Assembly (NCBI GenBank): GCA_043754535.1
Contig: JAYUUN010000090.1
Location: forward strand, 62,001-94,735
Direction: 5' to 3'
Source of the DNA: Chloroflexota bacterium
GTDB taxonomy: Bacteria; Chloroflexota; Chloroflexia; QHBQ01
Length of the DNA: 32,735 nt
Shown in pieces: positions 1 to 7,331 of this stretch. How positions within the stretch are numbered: the first letter of the stretch is position 1; every line of letters starts with the position of its first letter. The notes below the pieces were generated by a model, which worked only from the letters and a program-made list of their open reading frames with translations, was not told the DNA's origin and searched no databases. Made by a program: the position numbers and the translations under genes.

Positions 1-865
1 CGTCAAGGTTGACAACGCGGCTGCGGGCGAAGGATTGTTGCAGCAGGCGGTTGTAGCCACTGCTGTCACCCGCCTGCAAGGCCGCCACCATGCGCTCAAA
101 GTCAGTGGCGGCTAGCGGCCAGGTGACAGCGAAGTGGCCGCCTGCCACCCGCAGCGTGGTGCTAACTCGCAGAATATCAGCGGTAGGATAGTAGGCACGT
201 AGGGCAGCCCAGCCGTCGAGCAGTTGTTGCAGTTGCGCCCGGTCGAGGTTGAGCGAGGCGCGGGGCATCACCACCTCGGCAGCACCATCCGCCGCCACTA
301 CGCCGCTGACCAGGTAGCCGCGCTCGGCCAATCGGTTGCGGATCGCGGCCACGTTGGGCTGGAAGAAGGCGTTAACTTCGCTCACTGCCAGCACCTCCGC
401 GCCAAGCATCATCTTCAGCTTGCCGTCGAAAACTTGCATTTGGGTAGCAACCACCAGCGCGTTCCAGGCTGCGCCCCGGTTGGGGTTCGCCAGCATTGCT
501 GTCCAGGCAGCAGTCGGCAACAGGCAGATCACCGTGTAGCGGCTATCATAGACCAGTTGCACGTTCAGGCGGGCGGGGGCGTAGACCAACGCAAGGGTGG
601 CAAAGGCACGGTAGAGTTGGGTGGAGACTGCCACTGAGGTGAAGCTGCGGTCGGCGATCTTCAACTGCACCACCCCAGTCAAGCTGCCATCTGGCTCGAC
701 CAATAGGCTACTATCATTGACGCTGTAGCCATAGGCTGCCAGTTGGCTCCGCACCTGCTCACTGGCAGCCTGCGTGGTCTGCGCTGCGGCGGGCGCAGGG
801 AGCAACAGCAGGACTAGCACCAGGCTAAGGTGGAAGCGGCTCATCTTCAGTTTGGGCTGGCACAT
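1..865 (-). CDS. Secreted hypothetical protein, 3' end truncated by the window edge; apparent internal domain duplication
   Basis: Translated by hand (absent from the ORF track because there is no stop in the window): MCQPKLKMSRFHLSLVLVLLLLPAPAAAQTTQ..., open to position 1. Signal-peptide-like N-terminus and a GAGG RBS. Alternative ATG at 844. Confidence 0.75.
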   Translation of the reverse strand, partial: MCQPKLKMSRFHLSLVLVLLLLPAPAAAQTTQAASEQVRSQLAAYGYSVNDSSLLVEPDGSLTGVVQLKIADRSFTSVAVSTQLYRAFATLALVYAPARLNVQLVYDSRYTVICLLPTAAWTAMLANPNRGAAWNALVVATQMQVFDGKLKMMLGAEVLAVSEVNAFFQPNVAAIRNRLAERGYLVSGVVAADGAAEVVMPRASLNLDRAQLQQLLDGWAALRAYYPTADILRVSTTLRVAGGHFAVTWPLAATDFERMVAALQAGDSSGYNRLLQQSFARSRVVNLD

Positions 866-897
866 AGCAGACCTCGTGGGCGAATCGGCCCGCCCTG

Positions 898-906
898 ATT
901 ATATCA
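898..906 (-). promoter_or_regulatory. Extended -10 promoter (TGaTATAAT) for the 1..865 gene
   Basis: Minus strand reads GTGATATAAT just after the stop of the upstream gene. Confidence 0.5.
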
Positions 907-912
907 CGTCGG

Positions 913-1689
913 CTAGATCAACCGCTCGGCCACCTGCAAGACGATCCCCTGCTCCGCAGCCATCTCCAACAGCCCTGCGTGCAACGCGCCTGCCAAACTC
1001 TCTAGCTGGGCTATGTCGGTCAGGTCGCCGCTCTCGAATATGCTGACGAACGCAGCATAGCCTTCGGGTTGCAGCGGCAGGGTTAGCGACAGAGGCACCG
1101 CTCTGGCCCGGCTGGGGTAGTAAACCCTATTTGCCAGGCCAACGATCCGCACGGCATCCCAGACTAGCGTCCAGGCTGCCCAGCGGCTGAAGTTGTCATC
1201 GCCACGCAACCTCGCGTTGCGAAACTTGGCCCAGTGTTCGAGGTACTCGCCGACGATAGCCTCGCGCAGAGCTTCGGTCAACACCTCCACTGGGATGTTG
1301 GCCGCGATCTCCTCAAGGTACAACCAGTAGCCGGTCGGGTCGTAGAGCGGCAGTACGCCGATGAACTGCCCACCCCGGAGCGGCCAATCAATATCCACCT
1401 CATAGACCTTTGCCAACAGGTCGTCGGGGGTGACGAAGTTGACTTCGTTCTTCCAGCCCTCGAAGTAGTATTCTAGATTGCGCGGCTCTACCGCCTCGTG
1501 CAGAACGACGACGATCTCCAGGTCAGAGTACGGCTCATCGGTCTCGCGGGCGGTAGAACCATAGACCCCGACGGCGATCACGTTCGCCCCGTGTCGCTCC
1601 ACCACGTTCTGCGTAATGGCGTGGGCGCGGGCAATACGTTGCTCGTGGCTTGCAGTAGCTGGGAAGTCAGAAGGGAGAGTGTTCATCAT
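913..1689 (-). CDS. Kanamycin nucleotidyltransferase / ANT(4')-I (AadD/KNTase) family homologue, ~258 aa
   Basis: Collinear motifs with ANT(4')-Ia recalled from memory: AVGVYGSTARETDEPYSDLE, WKNEVNF, DWPLRGGQF, LPLYDPTGY, KFRNARLRG, SGDLTD. Real start is the MM at 1689/1686 after AAGGAG; the 333-aa track ORF is over-extended. Confidence 0.88.
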   Translation of the reverse strand: MMNTLPSDFPATASHEQRIARAHAITQNVVERHGANVIAVGVYGSTARETDEPYSDLEIVVVLHEAVEPRNLEYYFEGWKNEVNFVTPDDLLAKVYEVDIDWPLRGGQFIGVLPLYDPTGYWLYLEEIAANIPVEVLTEALREAIVGEYLEHWAKFRNARLRGDDNFSRWAAWTLVWDAVRIVGLANRVYYPSRARAVPLSLTLPLQPEGYAAFVSIFESGDLTDIAQLESLAGALHAGLLEMAAEQGIVLQVAERLI

Positions 1690-2191
1690 GCTCCTTCGCC
1701 AGCCAGTGCTGGATCGCCGCCACAAACTCAGCCTCATGCTCGAACGAGTTGGCAGCCACCAGCGGCCAGAGTGGGCGGCCCCCTGCCCAGGCGAAGTAGG
1801 CCGGATCGGTAAGGGCGGCAGCGGGCAGGGCGCGCACTGCCGCCAGGGCTGCCAGGTAAGCAGCCCTGTAATCGGCCAGCACTTCAGGCAGCGGGCGGCT
1901 CTGGTGCAGGGCATACCACTCGGCGTTCATCGCATCCATCTCAGCCCAAGTTCTACCGGGAGCGGGTAGCTCTGGCTGCTCCCCATTCAGCGCGCTGGTC
2001 AACCAGTAGACTTGCAAGCGGTGCCATTCGGCCAGGTGCGCCAGGCAGCCCTTGACCGACCAGCCAGAGTACACGCCCGACGCGCTCAGCTGCTCCTCGT
2101 CCAACCCACTGATCAGCAGCTCCAACGCCGCGTGTTCGAGGCTGATTTTCTCCAACATGGTCGCCCGCTCAAGTGGCGGCTCGTTGCTCAT
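1667..2191 (-). CDS. ClbS/DfsB (DUF1706)/DinB-superfamily four-helix-bundle protein, 174 aa
   Basis: WSVKGCLAHLAEWH, PAPGRTWAEMDAMN and ANSFEH motifs. ATG at 2191 with AGGAGG RBS. Stop overlaps the start of the nucleotidyltransferase gene. Confidence 0.8.
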   Translation of the reverse strand: MSNEPPLERATMLEKISLEHAALELLISGLDEEQLSASGVYSGWSVKGCLAHLAEWHRLQVYWLTSALNGEQPELPAPGRTWAEMDAMNAEWYALHQSRPLPEVLADYRAAYLAALAAVRALPAAALTDPAYFAWAGGRPLWPLVAANSFEHEAEFVAAIQHWLAKEHDEHSPF

Positions 2192-2254
2192 CGTCGACCC
2201 TCCTGCTTTGCTCTCCCCTATAATACCACGAAGTAGGCAGGCAAGTTCAAGCCC

Positions 2255-2283
2255 TTGACAGCAGGTCGCAGGTGGGGTATAAA
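2255..2283 (+). promoter_or_regulatory. Sigma70 promoter TTGACA-17-TATAAA; cobW-like transcript probably leaderless
   Basis: The -10 element ends 7 nt before ATG 2291 and there is no clear SD. Confidence 0.65.
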
Positions 2284-2290
2284 GTAGGTT

Positions 2291-3511
2291 ATGGACAACC
2301 CCTCGGAAGCAAAGATACCGATCTACGTCGTTGCGGGCTTCCTCGGCAGCGGCAAGACGACGTTGCTGGAGCGGCTGCTGGCTTACGCAGTGGCTCACGA
2401 CCTCAACCCCGGCGTGTTGGTCAACGACTTTGGCACGATCAACATTGATGCGGCTCAGTTGCGGGCGCGGGGGCTGGCTATCGCCGAACTGAGCGGCGGC
2501 TGCATCTGCTGCACCAATGCCAGCCAGTTGCCGCCCGCCGTCAAACGGCTAATCCGCAACGGCTCACGGGCGATCCTGGTGGAGACCAGTGGGCTGGCGA
2601 ACCCACTCGATCTGCTCGACCAGCTAACCATGCCCTGGTTGCTGCCCCAGGTGCAGATTCGTGGTGTGGTCAACCTGGTGGATGCCGCGCATTGGTTCGG
2701 CCTGCCCGCCGACGCAGAAGCTCTCGCCCGCCAGCAGGTGCAGATCGCCGACCTGCTGATCGTCAACAAGCAAGACCTGACCAGCCCTGCCACCCTCGAT
2801 CTCCTCTGTGCCGACCTTCGCACGCTCAACCCCACTGCCCTACAAGTCGTTACCAGCCAGGCTGCGCTCGACCCTGCCCGCGTCTACCGCCTCGAACACA
2901 GCGCGCAAGCAGGCGAGCAGACAGAGCGCATCCACCACAACGCTCGCATCGCCAGTTGCAATGTGCGACTGCCTGCTGCCCTCGACCGCGACTGCTTCGC
3001 CGCCTTCGCTGCTGGGCTGGGGCGCAACGTGTTGCGGGCGAAGGGGCTGGTGCAGATCGCGGGGATGCCAATGACTGCGATCTGGCAGTATCTACCCGGC
3101 CAGCACGAGATCATCCCCTTTGACATAGCGGAGAGCGGGCTACTGGGCAATGTTGCCGTCTTCATCGGTGAGGGGCTGGACGCGACGGAGTTGGAGCGGC
3201 AGGTAGCAGTATGCGCGGCCCAGGATTTATGCCGCCCGCTTGTTCACCTTGCCAATTGCTGCCTGATCCAGCGGCTTGACGATCATTTCGTCTATGTTGA
3301 CGTGTGGTGGGCGGCTGGCGGCCCAAACGATGCACTCGGCCACGTCAGTGGGCGAGAGTGGGGTCAGGCCAGCATAGACGTTCTTCGCTCGTTCCTCGTC
3401 GCCGCGATAGCGCACCACGCTGAACTCTGTCTCCACCAGCCCTGGGTCAATCGAAGTGACGCGCACGCCCTTGCCCAGCATCTCCAGCCGCAAGGTCTGG
3501 CTGATAGCTAG
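2291..3511 (+). CDS. CobW/COG0523 family G3E metallochaperone GTPase; homology ends at ~3225 and the remainder overlaps the SDR
   Basis: GFLGSGKTT, VNDFG, GGCICC, ETSGLANP, NKQD and a CobW_C domain (VLRAKGLV...VFIG). Confidence 0.9.
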   Translation: MDNPSEAKIPIYVVAGFLGSGKTTLLERLLAYAVAHDLNPGVLVNDFGTINIDAAQLRARGLAIAELSGGCICCTNASQLPPAVKRLIRNGSRAILVETSGLANPLDLLDQLTMPWLLPQVQIRGVVNLVDAAHWFGLPADAEALARQQVQIADLLIVNKQDLTSPATLDLLCADLRTLNPTALQVVTSQAALDPARVYRLEHSAQAGEQTERIHHNARIASCNVRLPAALDRDCFAAFAAGLGRNVLRAKGLVQIAGMPMTAIWQYLPGQHEIIPFDIAESGLLGNVAVFIGEGLDATELERQVAVCAAQDLCRPLVHLANCCLIQRLDDHFVYVDVWWAAGGPNDALGHVSGREWGQASIDVLRSFLVAAIAHHAELCLHQPWVNRSDAHALAQHLQPQGLADS

Positions 3512-4009
3512 CTCAGCGTGCTTGCTGGCGGCATAAACGCTGCCGCCCTCGTACACCCCATGCCCAGCGACGCTGCCGAGGCTGATCACGTGGCCGCTAC
3601 CCTGGGCCACCAGCAGCGGCAACACCTCCGCTGTAACGTTGAGCAGGCCCAACACATTGGTCTCCAGCATCTCCCGCCAGGCGGCTAGCTTGTCAGCTGC
3701 GGCCTCGGCGATCTGGTGGGTGCCACGGGCCAACCCTGCGTTGTTGACCAGGATATCCAGACGGCCAAGCTGCTGCACCGCCGCCTGGACGAACTCGCTC
3801 ACCGAAGCGTGGTCGGTCACGTCTAGCGGGGCGGCGTAGACCAGCCCGCCCGCAGCCTGCAATTCTGCCGCCAGTTGGTCGATCCGCTCAGCCCGCCGCG
3901 CCCCAATAGCCAAAGCACAACCCTCAGCAGCGAAGGCCCGCGCCGTTGCCTCGCCAATACCGCTGCTCGCCCCCGTTACCATTACTACCTTGCCTTGCAA
4001 GCTACTCAT
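3227..4009 (-). CDS. Classical short-chain dehydrogenase/reductase (YdfG-like, probably NADP-dependent)
   Basis: TGASSGIG, GARR, NNAG, catalytic YAASK, PGLVETEF. GAGGA RBS. Confidence 0.93.
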   Translation of the reverse strand: MSSLQGKVVMVTGASSGIGEATARAFAAEGCALAIGARRAERIDQLAAELQAAGGLVYAAPLDVTDHASVSEFVQAAVQQLGRLDILVNNAGLARGTHQIAEAAADKLAAWREMLETNVLGLLNVTAEVLPLLVAQGSGHVISLGSVAGHGVYEGGSVYAASKHAELAISQTLRLEMLGKGVRVTSIDPGLVETEFSVVRYRGDEERAKNVYAGLTPLSPTDVAECIVWAASRPPHVNIDEMIVKPLDQAAIGKVNKRAA

Positions 4010-4043
4010 CTACAATCCTCCTTTTGGCGTATGCTTTGTAGCT

Positions 4044-4117
4044 ATCATAACCGGGGCAGTCTGCAACTGTCAAGGCACAGCTCTTGCCTTGACAATCCGC
4101 AAGATCAGAGTTATTAT
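4044..4117. promoter_or_regulatory. Back-to-back sigma70 promoters for the SDR (-) and the cyclase (+)
   Basis: Minus: TTGACA(4073-4068)-18-TATGAT(4049-4044). Plus: TTGACA(4089-4094)-17-TATTAT(4112-4117). The two -35 boxes lie in the inverted repeat TGTCAAGGCA-N7-TGCCTTGACA. Confidence 0.65.
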
Positions 4118-4146
4118 AGAGTAGACAAATAGATTGGTGGTAGATT

Positions 4147-6024
4147 TTGGCGGCAAATGCAGGTAAGCAGACACAGTTGCTGGCGAAGGCGCGGGTGGCT
4201 ATGCCGCTGCACGAGTTCTGGCTAGCCCTCAGCAACACTGGGCGGCTCAACCCCTACGTGGGTATCCCAGCGATCAAGTTCACCCCTGTGCCTGGGCCGG
4301 GCGGTACTACCGCTTATCTCAATGCCCGCGCCCGCTACTTGGGCGTGCCAGTGGTCTGGCGCGAGATGCCGTTCGAGTGGCAGGAAGACGACTTCTTCCT
4401 GGTCGAGCGGCAGATGACTGGGTTGGCAGGGATGTTCTTCGGCAACCTGGTTAGCGGGGCGCGAATGCGAACGGTAGGCGAGAACGAAACCCAGGTGGAG
4501 ATGTTTGGCACCTCGGACACGCGCAACCCACTTGGTCGCCTGCTCTACAAACTGATCGTCGGCAAGCAGTTTCTTGGCGCAATTAGCAAAGCGTGTCGCA
4601 CTATCGAGAAGAACTACCACCAGCTAGCGGAGATGGCTTATACCCTCCCTCCACCAGAGAAGCCTCAGGTCAACCGCCGTCAGCTATTTGCCCTCTGTGC
4701 CAACCTGCGCGAGAGCAACACCACAGAGGAGATAGTTACCCTCCTGCGCCGCCACCTCGCTAGCGCACCCGACGACGAAGTAGTGTTGATGCGCGCTTTC
4801 GTGCTAGCCGACAAGTGGCAGCAGCCGCGAAAGGCTGTCCTGCGTGCCTGCCTCAAGGCTAGCCGCCTGGGGTTGCTGGACGCAACCTGGGAGGTGATGT
4901 GTCCAAATTGCCGGGTCAGCAAAGGCAGCTTTGCCAGTCTGCGTGACCTTAAGCCGACGGCGCACTGCGACACCTGCAACATCCGCTACGACGTGAACTT
5001 CGACCAGTACGTGGAGTTGCGCTTTACGGTCAGCGAAGCGGTTCGCAAGACTACAGACAACACCTACTGCATCGGCGGCCCCTACGTCACCCCGCACATC
5101 GTCGCGCAGAGCCGCATCACGGCGAGAGCGCAAGCGGCGGTGGCTATCAACCTGCCCGCCGGTCGCTACCGCTTGCGCCTGCGTCAGGCCAGTGGCTGGC
5201 TGACCCTCATCCTCGCACCCGACGGCCAGCCTACCGCCGACCTCGTGCTTGAGGGTCAACCCCTGGGCGGCGAACTGAGGCTGCAACCGCAGAGCAGCCT
5301 GAGCCTGCACAACCAGGGCAGCGAAGATGTGCTGCTGATCATCGAACAGGAGGCTTGGGAGAACCAGGCAACCAGCGCAGCCCTGGTTACTGCTTTGCAG
5401 GAGTTCCGTAACCTGTTCTCCTCCGAAGTCCTTTCGCCCGGCACCAACATTGCAGTACGCAATCTAACTTTCCTGTTCACCGACCTGAAGAACTCCACCG
5501 CCCTCTACGAGCGGGTAGGGGATTCGCCTGCCTATGCCCGCGTCCGTGACCACTTCACCTTGCTGACCGATGCGGTGGCCCAACACAGCGGCGCACTGGT
5601 TAAGACGATGGGCGATGCAGTGATGGCCGTCTTTAGCGAGGCGCAGGGCGCAGTAGCCGCTGGGCTAGAAATTCAGGCGGCGATCAACGACTTCAACACG
5701 CAGCATCCACAGGGCGAGCCACTCTGCGTCAAGGTTTCGTTGCACAGCGGTCCCTGTCTGGCGGTCAACGCCAACGAAACGCTTGACTACTTCGGCACCA
5801 CGGTGAACACCGCCGCCCGCCTACAAGCTCTCAGCCAGGGTGGGGATATGATAGTCAGTGGCAGTGTCTACGCCGATGAGCAGGCCTACGACCTGCTAAC
5901 CCCCTACCCAACCGAGCAGGAGACCACCAGCCTAAAGGGTATCGCGCTGCCGATCCAGTTCTACCGCCTCGACCTCAGCAAGATTCGTAAGCCGAGCAGC
6001 GAACTGCTAGTCGCTGGTGGCTAG
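4147..6024 (+). CDS. Class III adenylate cyclase with SRPBCC-like N-terminus and DUF5939-type CxxC region
   Basis: FTDLKNST, VKTMGDAVMA, DYFGTTVNTAARLQ, with K/D specificity residues pointing to ATP. CPNC and CDTC motifs. Start uncertain (TTG 4147 or ATG 4201). Confidence 0.88.
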   Translation: MAANAGKQTQLLAKARVAMPLHEFWLALSNTGRLNPYVGIPAIKFTPVPGPGGTTAYLNARARYLGVPVVWREMPFEWQEDDFFLVERQMTGLAGMFFGNLVSGARMRTVGENETQVEMFGTSDTRNPLGRLLYKLIVGKQFLGAISKACRTIEKNYHQLAEMAYTLPPPEKPQVNRRQLFALCANLRESNTTEEIVTLLRRHLASAPDDEVVLMRAFVLADKWQQPRKAVLRACLKASRLGLLDATWEVMCPNCRVSKGSFASLRDLKPTAHCDTCNIRYDVNFDQYVELRFTVSEAVRKTTDNTYCIGGPYVTPHIVAQSRITARAQAAVAINLPAGRYRLRLRQASGWLTLILAPDGQPTADLVLEGQPLGGELRLQPQSSLSLHNQGSEDVLLIIEQEAWENQATSAALVTALQEFRNLFSSEVLSPGTNIAVRNLTFLFTDLKNSTALYERVGDSPAYARVRDHFTLLTDAVAQHSGALVKTMGDAVMAVFSEAQGAVAAGLEIQAAINDFNTQHPQGEPLCVKVSLHSGPCLAVNANETLDYFGTTVNTAARLQALSQGGDMIVSGSVYADEQAYDLLTPYPTEQETTSLKGIALPIQFYRLDLSKIRKPSSELLVAGG

Positions 6025-6123
6025 AGTAAGCGGCCCACTACCCGACCCAAGTAGCCAGCCGCAGCCTAGACCAGTAGCAACTAGCCTGGCTCGCTATCAG
6101 GCAGGTGCAGCCGCTAGCAGCTA

Positions 6124-6573
6124 TCAGGCAGTGCGGTCGTGGTAGCTGTGATCGTCCAGAAACGACGTAATGCAGGCAGTCAGCCCCTCACGAACAGCCC
6201 GAAAGGCGGGTAGCTTTGTATCATCGCCACCCACAACACTGGCCGGATCAGCAAAGCTCCAATGTAGCCGCTCAGTTGGCCCAGGGAAGTAGGGACAGTT
6301 GTCACGGGCGTTGTCACAGACAGTGATCACGTAGTCGAACGCCTGGCCCAACAAGCTGTCTACCTGCTTTGGCTGCTGCTGGCTAATATCGATGCCAACC
6401 TCAGCCATAACCTGGACGGCGTAAGGGTTGATGTGGTTGGCTGGCGCACTGCCTGCACTCTGCACCACCACGCTAGTTCTACCTATAGTGCGAAACAAGC
6501 CCTCAGCCATCTGGCTACGAGCCGAGTTGCCAGTACATAGTACCAGCACGTGGATCACCTTGTCTGCTTGCAC
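6124..6573 (-). CDS. arsC: Thioredoxin-type arsenate reductase (LMW-PTP fold), 149 aa
   Basis: P-loop CTGNSARSQMAEG, redox pair VITVCDNARDNCP, HWSFADP. GTG start at 6573 after AAAGGAGG. Confidence 0.9.
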   Translation of the reverse strand: MQADKVIHVLVLCTGNSARSQMAEGLFRTIGRTSVVVQSAGSAPANHINPYAVQVMAEVGIDISQQQPKQVDSLLGQAFDYVITVCDNARDNCPYFPGPTERLHWSFADPASVVGGDDTKLPAFRAVREGLTACITSFLDDHSYHDRTA

Positions 6574-6633
6574 ACCATGCCTCCTTTGGGTAGGCAGGGC
6601 CGCCCGTCGGCAGCCCCACCCCTGGTTGGTCAA

Positions 6634-6723
6634 CTAGCAGCAGGTCTTGCTACCACCACAGCAACTCTCGTCGTCGCAGCACTTGTCGTCCTTGTCACAG
6701 CAGATTGCGTTGATCATTGTCAT
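6634..6723 (-). CDS. 29-aa cysteine-rich mini-protein MTMINAICCDKDDKCCDDESCCGGSKTCC (metallothionein-like)
   Basis: Translated by hand. Perfect RBS AAAGGAGGTGA before ATG-ACA-ATG, four CC pairs, co-oriented between arsR and arsC. Confidence 0.8.
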   Translation of the reverse strand: MTMINAICCDKDDKCCDDESCCGGSKTCC

Positions 6724-6774
6724 TCACCTCCTTTCGGCTTAAGATCGGTCGCTAATTTGTCCCTGCTCCGGAAG

Positions 6775-6792
6775 CATTGACAAACTTCGATG
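6775..6792. promoter_or_regulatory. Putative ArsR operator 2 (CATTGACAAACTTCGATG)
   Basis: Imperfect palindrome, 17/18 identical to the inverted copy at 7262-7279. Confidence 0.7.
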
Positions 6793-6834
6793 TATATGGC
6801 TTAAAAGATTGCCCTCTGGGGGCGCGGAGCGAAA

Positions 6835-7242
6835 TTAGGTGCGTTCGGCCAGTGCCAGCGGTATGAAGCTGGCGGTCTGCTGCTCTGCTGGGCTGAAGAT
6901 CGTCGCCAGCATTGTCTGTAGCTCGGCCAGCCGCTCCCGATTGAGGCTATAATAAGACCAGATGCCTTCGCGGTTACCAAAGACCAGACCAGCCTCGCGC
7001 AGAATAGCCAGGTGGTGGGAGATGGTTGGCTGCCCCTTGTCGAACTGAGCAGTCACGTCACAGACGCAAACTGGCTCCTGGTTGTTCGCCAGCATATTGA
7101 GGATGCCCAGGCGGGTCGGGTCAGCCAGCGCATTCAGGATGGCAGCATATTGCTGACTAGTGGAGGCGTTGATCACTGGTGGATTGGCTACAGTGCAGCA
7201 GGCAGTGGGGCGATTGCGCGGGTTGTTCTTACGTTCACTCAT
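6835..7242 (-). CDS. arsR: ArsR/SmtB family metalloregulatory repressor, 135 aa
   Basis: ALADPTRLGIL, VCVCD, QPTISHHLAILREAGLV, YYSL, plus an N-terminal CC. ATG at 7242. Confidence 0.92.
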   Translation of the reverse strand: MSERKNNPRNRPTACCTVANPPVINASTSQQYAAILNALADPTRLGILNMLANNQEPVCVCDVTAQFDKGQPTISHHLAILREAGLVFGNREGIWSYYSLNRERLAELQTMLATIFSPAEQQTASFIPLALAERT

Positions 7243-7248
7243 GTCCCT

Positions 7249-7279
7249 ATCATAACACACTCATCGAAGTTTGTCAATA
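7249..7279 (-). promoter_or_regulatory. arsR promoter TTGACA-17-TATGAT overlapped by ArsR operator 1 (7262-7279); leaderless
   Basis: Minus strand reads TATTGACAAACTTCGATGAGTGTGTTATGATAGGGAC-ATG. Confidence 0.78.
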
Positions 7280-7289
7280 GGTTAGCCGC

Positions 7290-7318
7290 AAAAAAGCCTC
7301 TCTGCGCTTGAGAGAGGC
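7290..7318 (-). terminator. Rho-independent terminator after the PAP2 gene
   Basis: GCCTCTCT-caagcgc-AGAGAGGC followed by TTTTTT on the minus strand. Confidence 0.75.
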
Positions 7319-7331
7319 CCATTGCCAGCGA

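Noticed and set aside
6775..7279. Inverted repeats flanking arsR considered as IS or invertible-element ends
   Set aside because: No transposase or recombinase is present. The palindromic form and overlap with the promoter fit repressor operators better.
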